From a virus (Duplodnaviria; Caudoviricetes), in IMG/VR virus record IMGVR_UViG_3300028595_000015, positions 1 through 56,180 of that record: a DNA stretch of 56,180 bases. One strand, given 5' to 3'. The notes below the pieces were generated by a model that ran no database searches, had not been told where the DNA came from, and saw only the letters and a list, made by a program, of their open reading frames with translations. This document shows positions 48,343 through 56,179 of this stretch, one piece after another. How positions within the stretch are numbered: the stretch's first letter is position 1; each line of letters begins with the position of its first letter. Made by a program: the position numbers and the translations under genes.

Positions 48343-48720
48343 ATGAAAAAAATTTTATTAATTATTGTGTTTTTATTATTCGTAATCGGATTATTTGGTT
48401 GCGAAAATAGTGAGGTTCCTATTAAAACAGATGAACCTTTAACAACTGATATTTCAGAAGATACTGAAGTAGAAGATGTTGTTTTAGAAAAACCATCAAC
48501 TATGACTTGTTCATTTGATGATAATATTATAGTTTACACCTATGATGACGATGAGATATTTAGTGTTGTTAAAAATAGCGAAGAGATTGAAACTGGTTTA
48601 CATTGGACGACTATTATTGATAATTCATATGATGGCAATGTTAGTGCGTTCATAACAGAAATGCAAGAGTGGTATTTAAACGAGGATATTTATACTGACT
48701 CTTGGTGCGAATTTAAATAA
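48343..48720 (+). CDS. Acidic lipoprotein
   Basis: MKK + hydrophobic core + lipobox LFGC. Confidence 0.8.
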   Translation: MKKILLIIVFLLFVIGLFGCENSEVPIKTDEPLTTDISEDTEVEDVVLEKPSTMTCSFDDNIIVYTYDDDEIFSVVKNSEEIETGLHWTTIIDNSYDGNVSAFITEMQEWYLNEDIYTDSWCEFK

Positions 48721-48736
48721 AAAGGAGAACTTAAAA

Positions 48737-49297
48737 ATGAGTAAAATTAAAAAAGTGATGATGGACCCAGAGAACCATCCAGATACTCTTAATCGCGTAT
48801 ACCTAGTAGGCGATAAAAAGGTAGATAGAGAAACATTTATTAAATCGTTAGCGTATGGTCTTTTTGAATATGTTGATATTGAGATGGAACCGGATTTTCA
48901 AGAAAGTAATGTTTATGACATTAGAGCCATGATTCACGAATTTATCACCGCAGGCAGTCAAGCTAGTTTAAAAATAGATGGTGTAATCTATTCATCTTAT
49001 TATGAGTTTGTAGAGAAGAAGGAATACTCTTTAAAGAGATATAATGTCAGTTTTGATATTTTAGTTCGTCCGGCTTTGAAATTTCATAGTAGAGATAAGT
49101 GGAAAAGAGACAGTGTTGAACAAATCGCTTACAGTTATGCGGACGCTCGAGAAAAATTTAAAAAAGGTTTTAAAGATTTAAATCCAGATCGTAAAATTAA
49201 AAGGGTTAAAGTAGAATTAATCGAAGATATAAAGCCTTTAGATGTTCCTGTTAAAACAGACCCTGATAATCCTGAAAATGAGTTAAAAAATGCTTAA
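48737..49297 (+). CDS. Hypothetical protein
   Basis: AAAGGAG SD. Confidence 0.65.
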   Translation: MSKIKKVMMDPENHPDTLNRVYLVGDKKVDRETFIKSLAYGLFEYVDIEMEPDFQESNVYDIRAMIHEFITAGSQASLKIDGVIYSSYYEFVEKKEYSLKRYNVSFDILVRPALKFHSRDKWKRDSVEQIAYSYADAREKFKKGFKDLNPDRKIKRVKVELIEDIKPLDVPVKTDPDNPENELKNA

Positions 49298-49619
49298 AAA
49301 ATGGTGGGGGGATTTTAAATATGACTTCACATGCACTTGGTATGATTTAAAGGGTGACTGGAAAGAATTTTTAGAAGAGATTATTTCTGTTTGGAAAGAT
49401 TACAACCTTGATGATTATAATGTTTTAGGAAAGATAGTGGGATTTATAATAACAACATTTATAAATATCGTATACACATTATCCTTATTTGTGGCGTTGG
49501 TCTTTACATCTATTATGTTAATAGTTATACTATTGTTTCTAGCGATTTTAGGGCCACCACTAGGATTTATATTCTCTTTCATGTGGCATGTAATTATGAA
49601 AATAATAAAAAAAAAATAA
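49290..49619 (+). CDS. Membrane protein (two TM)
   Basis: Long hydrophobic C-terminal half. Confidence 0.65.
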   Translation: MLKKWWGDFKYDFTCTWYDLKGDWKEFLEEIISVWKDYNLDDYNVLGKIVGFIITTFINIVYTLSLFVALVFTSIMLIVILLFLAILGPPLGFIFSFMWHVIMKIIKKK

Positions 49620-49744
49620 TAAAGGCGGTGGTGGACAGTGACAGCATTCTTATAAGCACTATTTATAAACTTATAAAAATTAAACTTAATTATGAAAATC
49701 CTACGATTGAGCCAGTAGGTACTTTGAGAAAATTATATAAAAAA

Positions 49745-49794
49745 AGAAGGGTTTTATCGTACGCTTATTACGCATAGCCTTTCTTTTTTTTTTT
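49745..49794 (+). terminator. Terminator-like hairpin preceding the tandem cassette array
   Basis: AGAAGGGTT / AGCCTTTCT followed by a long T run. Confidence 0.6.
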
Positions 49795-49795
49795 C

Positions 49796-49824
49796 ACGCG
49801 TTTAAAACATAGTCATTTATAGAA
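49796..49824 (+). promoter_or_regulatory. 29-bp motif copy 9
   Basis: ACGCGTTTAAAACATAGTCATTTATAGAA. Confidence 0.8.
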
Positions 49825-49853
49825 AAACTAAAAACTAAAGGAGGAATTTTATA

Positions 49854-50093
49854 ATGAGTTTGAATGAAAAATTAATTATTGGAGGATTCGCGATCTTATC
49901 GTTTTCTACTTTGGGTTTATGGCAAAGAACAAGAGAGCATAGAGGGGCTATATCAGTCCATCAAGAAGCTATCGAGTTACTTGCTGATAACCAGGTAGAT
50001 ACTGTAAGTGCATTAAGAGAAAGCGCGAATGTTCATACAATTCATGAGAGTAGAATCAAATCATTAGAGAATTTGAAAAAAAAAAGTTTATAG
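49854..50093 (+). CDS. Cassette gene 9, N-terminal TM plus coiled coil
   Basis: LIIGGFAILSFSTLGLW; hairpin + T tract at 50095-50137. Confidence 0.75.
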   Translation: MSLNEKLIIGGFAILSFSTLGLWQRTREHRGAISVHQEAIELLADNQVDTVSALRESANVHTIHESRIKSLENLKKKSL

Positions 50094-50137
50094 TAAGGAG
50101 GAGTAGGATATACATATATCCTTTCCTTTTGTTTTTT

Positions 50138-50166
50138 ACGCGTTTAAAACATAGCGCATTATAGAA
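50138..50166 (+). promoter_or_regulatory. 29-bp motif copy 10
   Basis: ACGCGTTTAAAACATAGCGCATTATAGAA. Confidence 0.8.
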
Positions 50167-50186
50167 AATAAAAGGAGGATTTTATA

Positions 50187-50528
50187 ATGAAAGAAGTATT
50201 TAAAATTGTAGATGTTAGTTTAGCAGATCCGAATAAGTCAATATATGTTAAATATATTAACGGTGAGATTTCTAAGAACGCTTTGGAGTTTGTTAGTAGT
50301 GAAGCAGCAGATAAGTCAATGGGGGTTTTAACAGCCACTGTTGGAGATTGGGTTGAAACAGCTACTAGGATATCTGTAGTAAAAGGAGCTAAGAAAGGAT
50401 TTAGCGTTGGTATGGGAGTTGGTGTATTATTGACAATGACGGCTTTAGTTGGCACATCTGTATTTTTAACTTACAGAGATGTTAAAAGGGACGAAAGTCA
50501 TCCTAATATTAAAGTTAAGGGTAAATAA
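50187..50528 (+). CDS. Cassette gene 10, C-terminal GxxxG TM protein
   Basis: GFSVGMGVGVLLTMTALVG; AAGGGTA/TACCCTT hairpin at 50517-50554. Confidence 0.75.
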   Translation: MKEVFKIVDVSLADPNKSIYVKYINGEISKNALEFVSSEAADKSMGVLTATVGDWVETATRISVVKGAKKGFSVGMGVGVLLTMTALVGTSVFLTYRDVKRDESHPNIKVKGK

Positions 50529-50554
50529 CATATACCCTTTTCTTTTTTTTTTTT

Positions 50555-50583
50555 ACGCGTTAAAAACATAGTCATTTATAGAA
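50555..50583 (+). promoter_or_regulatory. 29-bp motif copy 11
   Basis: ACGCGTTAAAAACATAGTCATTTATAGAA. Confidence 0.8.
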
Positions 50584-50601
50584 AATAAAGGAGGATATTT
50601 A

Positions 50602-50913
50602 ATGAAAAATTTACTTGGAAAAGGTGTTTTAATATTGGGATATACTGTCGGTATTGGTTATGTGTTTAAGATTTGCACTGCGTTTAGCGATGTAGCGTTA
50701 GTTAATAAGCATTTGAAAAAATCAAAAGGGATGACCACCGATGAAATAATAACAATACTAAATGCAAGAATGAGTAGTAAGGAATTAGATGAATATTTTC
50801 GTATGAAAGCAAAAGAGCTTAGAGGTAGAAAACTTAAAGATGGAGAACTTAAAAAACTTTTAAGATATGATTCAATCGTATCAGAGTGTTATAAGAGTGT
50901 TCCAGTTAGTTAA
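50602..50913 (+). CDS. Cassette gene 11, membrane-anchored protein (paralog of 50990)
   Basis: GKGV..LGY, KAKELRGRKL, KKLLRYDSI; AAGAGC/GCTCTT hairpin at 50912-50940. Confidence 0.78.
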   Translation: MKNLLGKGVLILGYTVGIGYVFKICTAFSDVALVNKHLKKSKGMTTDEIITILNARMSSKELDEYFRMKAKELRGRKLKDGELKKLLRYDSIVSECYKSVPVS

Positions 50914-50941
50914 GAGCTACATATGCTCTTTTCTTTTTTTT

Positions 50942-50970
50942 ACGCGTTAAAAACATAGCTCTTTATAGAA
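50942..50970 (+). promoter_or_regulatory. 29-bp motif copy 12
   Basis: ACGCGTTAAAAACATAGCTCTTTATAGAA. Confidence 0.8.
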
Positions 50971-50989
50971 AAACAAAGGAGGATTTTAT

Positions 50990-51298
50990 ATGAACAAATT
51001 TGGTAAAGGTGTTACACTTTTGGGATATTTTATTGGTATGAATTTCTTAATTGATGTTTGCAAAGATGTTAGAGACGTTATGTTAGTCACTAGATATTTG
51101 ATGAACTCAAAAGGAATAACCAAAGAAATGATCACAAAAATAAGTGACGCAAAAATGGAAGATGGTCAAATGAATGATTACTATAAGTTGAAAGCAAGAG
51201 AGCTTAGAGGTAGAAGACTTACTAATAAGGAATCTAAAAAATTATTAAAGTATGATTCGATCATATTAGGTAGTTTTGAAGATATTCCAATTAGTTAA
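50990..51298 (+). CDS. Cassette gene 12, membrane-anchored protein (paralog of 50602)
   Basis: GKGV.LLGY, KARELRGRRL, KKLLKYDSI; AAGAGC/GCTCTT hairpin at 51297-51326. Confidence 0.78.
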   Translation: MNKFGKGVTLLGYFIGMNFLIDVCKDVRDVMLVTRYLMNSKGITKEMITKISDAKMEDGQMNDYYKLKARELRGRRLTNKESKKLLKYDSIILGSFEDIPIS

Positions 51299-51360
51299 GA
51301 GCTACTAATGCTCTTTTCTTTTTTTTAGGTAAACACTTTATATTTACATATACTTTTCGT

Positions 51361-51685
51361 TTTTACATGTTGTGTCACTTTTGAAAATGTTTTTGACACA
51401 TATTTTAATTTTTTTGACACAAATGAATAAAATGACGTTGTTGATATTACACATAAGCGTTTTGTGTCACTTTTGTGTCACTTTTGTGTCACTTTTGACA
51501 TATGTTTTTGACACACTTTTTAAGAGTTTTTAAATGATATTTGGGTAAACCCTGGTTATTATTGCCTAAATAATTGGTGTTTTTTATGATTTGTGTCACT
51601 TGTGTCACTTTTTTTATATACTTTATATTAAATAAAAATATATATATAAAATAAACTACAAATATTTTTTGACATTTGGCACAAA
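51361..51685. repeat. Iteron-like TGTGTCA repeats in both orientations plus an AT-rich tract; probable replication origin
   Basis: TGTGTCAC at 51371, 51463, 51474, 51485, 51592 and 51601; TGACACA at 51394, 51415 and 51509; longest non-coding region. Confidence 0.65.
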
Positions 51686-51693
51686 TAGTGTTC

Positions 51694-51722
51694 ACGCATT
51701 AAAAACATAGACTTATATAGAG
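51694..51722 (+). promoter_or_regulatory. 29-bp motif copy 13, upstream of the nuclease-RNAP operon
   Basis: ACGCATTAAAAACATAGACTTATATAGAG. Confidence 0.72.
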
Positions 51723-51798
51723 AGAATAGGTAACATTGCCTAAAAAAATTTATTCACACACTTTATTTTTTTTATATTTAGAAGGAAGGTAATGTATA

Positions 51799-52119
51799 AT
51801 GAGAGAAACAGGTAGAAATGGTTATATGGGTAAGGTTAAAAAGAAGATAAGAAAAGAATTTCCACAATGTGAAGTGAGAAGGTTAGATCCAAATGAGTAT
51901 CAAGGAAGCCCCGACTTACTTATTATGTGTCCGGTAACATGGGCGACTTTGGAAGTTAAAAATTCTGAAAAAGCAAAAAAACAACCAAACCAAGAAAACT
52001 ACGTCAATAAACACGATGATATGAGTTTCTCAAGTTTTATATTTCCACAAAATGAAAAAGAAGTTTTTAATAGTCTGCATAGACATATTGAATCTTTCAG
52101 CAAAGGAGAACGAAAATGA
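51799..52119 (+). CDS. VRR-NUC/Holliday junction resolvase-like PD-(D/E)xK nuclease
   Basis: QGSPDLLI...LEVK......QPNQ. Confidence 0.82.
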   Translation: MRETGRNGYMGKVKKKIRKEFPQCEVRRLDPNEYQGSPDLLIMCPVTWATLEVKNSEKAKKQPNQENYVNKHDDMSFSSFIFPQNEKEVFNSLHRHIESFSKGERK

Positions 52120-52751
52120 TATTTAATAAGCATGAAACATTAGAAGGTAAGCATGCTTTTCTTGGAGCAAGCACATATCACTGGTTAAGATGGGATGAAA
52201 TGACTTTGGAACAAAGATACTATAGTCAGTACGCCCAAACCATAGGAACTATAATACACGAGCTAGCGGAAGATTTAATTAGAAACAAAATTAAGCTCGC
52301 TAAAAGTGATAAGAAAATTATAGACATAACTTTGTCTAGAATGGGTGTTCATAGAGCAGCGTATAATTCGGATGAAATTCTAAGTAATTTAATGCCATTT
52401 GTTAATGATGCAATAGGATATAGAATGGAACCTGAAGTTTTACTATATTATTCCAATAATTGTTTTGGAACATCTGATGCAATAGGACTTGATGAATACA
52501 ATAAAATTCTTAGGATACATGATTATAAGAATGGTAAAACACCATGTAAGATGGATCAATTGATGATTTATGCCGCACTGTTCTATTTAGAGTATAAATT
52601 AAAACCAATAAACTATACTACCGAATTAAGAATATATCAAAATGGGGAAACTATTATATTTGTACCAGAACCTAATGAAATAGATTATGTTATGAATAGA
52701 ATAGTGGAATCAGATAAATATATAAAAAAACATCTTGAAAGGGGAATATAA
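52116..52751 (+). CDS. PD-(D/E)xK exonuclease-like protein (Cas4/RecB-like fold, no Fe-S cysteines evident)
   Basis: HA.L.AS...W, GT..HELA, E..L, GTSDAI, IHDYKNG, QL..YA. Confidence 0.78.
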   Translation: MIFNKHETLEGKHAFLGASTYHWLRWDEMTLEQRYYSQYAQTIGTIIHELAEDLIRNKIKLAKSDKKIIDITLSRMGVHRAAYNSDEILSNLMPFVNDAIGYRMEPEVLLYYSNNCFGTSDAIGLDEYNKILRIHDYKNGKTPCKMDQLMIYAALFYLEYKLKPINYTTELRIYQNGETIIFVPEPNEIDYVMNRIVESDKYIKKHLERGI

Positions 52752-52754
52752 TGT

Positions 52755-55724
52755 ATGGATAATCACAAGTTTGATGATATTAGTGATATAAAAGAAGAAG
52801 AACTAATGCATTATGGTACCCCTAGGCATTCTGGTAGATATCCTTGGGGTAGCGGTGACACCCCTTATCAAAGAAGTGGTGATTTCTTATCTAGAGTTGA
52901 ATATTTAAAAAAAGAGGGCATGACGGAATCACAAATAAGTAAATCAATGGATATATCATCTACTAGATTAAGAGCTTTAGTGGCATTAGCTGGTAGAGAA
53001 CGAAGAGCAGATTTATATTCTAAGGCTAAAACTTTAGAAGAAGAAGGTATGAGCAGACCTAAGATAGCTGAAAAATTAGGATTAAAAGGTGAGTCATCGG
53101 TTAGATCATTATTAAATCAAGACTCTAAAGCAAGAATGAATATAGCAGTTGATTTGGCTGACAATCTTAGAGTTTTGGTTGATAAAAAAGGAATGCTTGA
53201 TATTGGTGCAGGAGTGCCTAGACAATTAAAAGTTTCAAGAGAAAAGATGAATCAGGCTGTTGAAATTTTAAAAATGGAAGGGTATGTTGTATATAATAAT
53301 AAAGTACCACAAGTTACAAACAAGGGGAATCTTACCAATTTAAAAGTTTTATGTAAACCTGGTACTGAATACAAGGAAGTTTATAATTTTGAAAACATTG
53401 GTACAGTTAACGACTTAACCTCATACGATGGCGGTAAAACATTTAAAAAATCTTTTCAATATCCAGCTAGCCTAGACTCTGATAGAATTAAAGTCAGATA
53501 TTCAGAAGAAGGTGGTGATAAAAAAGATGGTGTTATAGAACTTCGTAGAGGTGTTGATGATATTTCATTAGGAACTTCTAACTATGCACAAGTTCGTATA
53601 TTGGTCGACGGCACACATTATTTAAAAGGCATGGCTGTTTACAGTGATAACATGCCAGATGGCATTGATGTTATATTTAATACTAATAAGAGTAACAAAA
53701 TAAGTAAAATGGACACTATGAAAAAAATAAAAGACGACCCAGAGAACCCATTTGGTTCAACCATTAAAGAAAATGGAGGTCAGTCTACTTATATTGATAA
53801 AAATGGTGTTGAAAGACTCACTGTTATTAATAAAAGGTCTGATGAAGGTGATTGGGGTGATTGGTCAAGGGAAATATCAGCACAATTCCTTTCTAAACAA
53901 CCACAAAAATTAATAAAAAGACAAATCGCCTTATCTATGAAAGAAAAAAATGACGAATATAACGAGATAATGTCTTTGACAAATCCTACTGTTAAGAGAG
54001 CTCTTTTAGAAGCTTACGCCGATGATTGTGATGCTACATCAGTGAGTTTAAAAGCGGCTGGATTACCAGGAGCAAGGTATAAAGTAATATTACCAGTAAC
54101 ATCTTTAAAGGATACTGAAGTATATGCTCCTCATTTAGATGATGGTAGTGAAGTTGCGCTTGTTAGATATCCTCATGGTGGAACTTTTGAAATTCCAACA
54201 CTAACTGTAAATAATAGGAATAGAGAAGGCGTCAAACTTATGGGGAAACAAGCAGTTGACGCTATAGGTATTAATGCAAATGTCGCCAACATACTATCAG
54301 GCGCTGATTTTGATGGTGATACTGTAATGGTAATACCTATGAATGACAGAATTAAAATTAAATCACAACCACCATTAGAAGATCTTAAAGATTTTGATAC
54401 TGTTTTAAATTATGGTTATGATGATACTAAAATTGTTAATGGTGAGGAACGGTATTATAGAGGTGGTCGCGAATATTCAATAATGGATGAAGGCGCCACA
54501 CAAATACAAATGGGTACCATATCAAACCTGATAACGGATATGACGCTTATAGGGGCAACAAATAAGGAATTGGCTAGAGCTGTAAAACATTCGATGGTTA
54601 TTATAGATGCTAATAAACATAAATTAGACTATAAACAATCAGAAAAAGATAATGGTATTAGAGCGTTACATACCAAATACCAGTCACAAGTTGGGCCAAC
54701 AGGTAGAACTCACAAAGGAGCTGCTACTTTAATTTCAAAATCAAAGGGTAGACAAATAGTTAATGAACGTAAACTTGGGAAGTATGTACACAAGGATACA
54801 GGTAATGAATTAGTTCTATTTGATCCTGAAAATCAGATCTACTTAGATCCTAAAAGAAACACATTTCATACAAAAAATGAAAAGAAAACCCAATATATAG
54901 ACCCAGAGACAGGTGTAAAGTTATACAGATACACTGGTCGTGAATATATTAAGACTAGTTATAAAACGGCTTCTGGTAAAAACAAAACAGTTCCTGTCAT
55001 AGTAAAAGATGAAAAGTTGTTTTATAAGGATGAGAATGGTGAGTACATTCAAGTTACTAATGAACCAATAAAAAAATTTAAAGCAACAATGAACTCTACC
55101 AAGATGGCGGAAGTAGATGATGCACATAAATTGTCTTCTGGTACGCCACAAGAAGAAGCATACGCTGACTACGCAAACCAATTAAAAGGGTTGGCTAACA
55201 AAGCTAGAAAAAATACACTAACAATAATAGACAATCCAACATCTCTATCAGCGAAGAAATCGTATGACACAGAAGTTAAATCATTGGTACATAAGATAAG
55301 CATATCATTATTAAATGCTCCTAAAGAAAGACACGCCCAGATGATAGCAAATTCATTAGTTAGAGCTAAAAAACTAAGTAATCCTAGAATGACTTCTGAA
55401 GAACTTAGAAAAGTAGAACAACAAGCTCTAAGTAGGGCGCGTGTTCAAGCAGGTGCTGCAAGAAGAGAAATAGAGATAACTCAAAAAGAATGGGACGCTA
55501 TTCAAGCTGGTGCAATAAGTACAAACAGATTAAAACAAATAATGGCCCATGCTAATATGGACATTCTTAGACAATATGCAATGCCTAGAGCAACTACAAC
55601 TCTTAGTCCTAATAAGATTAGAAGAATAAAAAACATGGCTGCTTCAGGGTATACAACTGCGGAAATAGCTCGTTCATTGGGTATAAGTACAACCACTGTA
55701 ACTAGAACATTGAAAGGAGAATAA
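52755..55724 (+). CDS. Putative single-subunit two-barrel (DPBB) RNA polymerase with N- and C-terminal HTH domains
   Basis: LSGADFDGD (nt ~54300-54320), upstream VRYP, KDG, QVR...LKG, downstream MGTISN and LA....HSMVIIDANK; HTHs near both ends. Confidence 0.8.
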   Translation: MDNHKFDDISDIKEEELMHYGTPRHSGRYPWGSGDTPYQRSGDFLSRVEYLKKEGMTESQISKSMDISSTRLRALVALAGRERRADLYSKAKTLEEEGMSRPKIAEKLGLKGESSVRSLLNQDSKARMNIAVDLADNLRVLVDKKGMLDIGAGVPRQLKVSREKMNQAVEILKMEGYVVYNNKVPQVTNKGNLTNLKVLCKPGTEYKEVYNFENIGTVNDLTSYDGGKTFKKSFQYPASLDSDRIKVRYSEEGGDKKDGVIELRRGVDDISLGTSNYAQVRILVDGTHYLKGMAVYSDNMPDGIDVIFNTNKSNKISKMDTMKKIKDDPENPFGSTIKENGGQSTYIDKNGVERLTVINKRSDEGDWGDWSREISAQFLSKQPQKLIKRQIALSMKEKNDEYNEIMSLTNPTVKRALLEAYADDCDATSVSLKAAGLPGARYKVILPVTSLKDTEVYAPHLDDGSEVALVRYPHGGTFEIPTLTVNNRNREGVKLMGKQAVDAIGINANVANILSGADFDGDTVMVIPMNDRIKIKSQPPLEDLKDFDTVLNYGYDDTKIVNGEERYYRGGREYSIMDEGATQIQMGTISNLITDMTLIGATNKELARAVKHSMVIIDANKHKLDYKQSEKDNGIRALHTKYQSQVGPTGRTHKGAATLISKSKGRQIVNERKLGKYVHKDTGNELVLFDPENQIYLDPKRNTFHTKNEKKTQYIDPETGVKLYRYTGREYIKTSYKTASGKNKTVPVIVKDEKLFYKDENGEYIQVTNEPIKKFKATMNSTKMAEVDDAHKLSSGTPQEEAYADYANQLKGLANKARKNTLTIIDNPTSLSAKKSYDTEVKSLVHKISISLLNAPKERHAQMIANSLVRAKKLSNPRMTSEELRKVEQQALSRARVQAGAARREIEITQKEWDAIQAGAISTNRLKQIMAHANMDILRQYAMPRATTTLSPNKIRRIKNMAASGYTTAEIARSLGISTTTVTRTLKGE

Positions 55725-55728
55725 TGGA

Positions 55729-56010
55729 ATGAATAATAATAAAACAATAAGATTAACCTCTATAGACAATCCTTATGATCCTTTTACACACTGGGAACAA
55801 TGGTATTTATTTGACATGAATGCTGGGTACAATACATGTGGTAGATTAGCTTCTGTTACATTCTTAAGCGAATCAATGACCAATAAAGAACAGAATGAAG
55901 CATTAGAAGAAGGTATGGAACTATTGATTAAAACAGGATGTATTTCTAAAAATGGAAATGTGGTTGAATACAAAAAAGTAATAAAAAATGTTCAGACCCC
56001 ATTGTATTAG
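55729..56010 (+). CDS. Small protein downstream of the RNAP gene
   Basis: AAAGGAG SD; LTSIDNPYDPF..W..W..FD...GY.TC..LA. Confidence 0.7.
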   Translation: MNNNKTIRLTSIDNPYDPFTHWEQWYLFDMNAGYNTCGRLASVTFLSESMTNKEQNEALEEGMELLIKTGCISKNGNVVEYKKVIKNVQTPLY

Positions 56011-56135
56011 GAAAAATTTAGAGAGAATAACTCTAATAATATTGAAAAAAATACATCATCTAGGAAATTATTAGACTTACAATGAGCAAATAGCTGCTCT
56101 AGATAGGTGAAACCATCATGTTATATGACATGTTG

Positions 56136-56179
56136 AGCTACATAGGGGGGAGGTCCCAAAAATTACACCCCCTACAGCT
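56136..56179. repeat. GC-rich inverted repeat at the right end
   Basis: TAGGGGG (56143-49) / CCCCCTA (56168-74), flanked by AGCT/AGCT. Confidence 0.6.

Noticed and set aside
49583-49777. 64-aa + strand ORF before the cassette array
   Set aside because: Overlaps the upstream gene, has no convincing SD and runs into a terminator; it may be a remnant but cannot be supported
49796-50970. Regularly repeated 29-bp sequence as a CRISPR array
   Set aside because: The intervening sequences are 300-400 bp genes with SDs and terminators, the repeats are degenerate, and there is no cas operon; the 52116 nuclease is a generic PD-(D/E)xK protein
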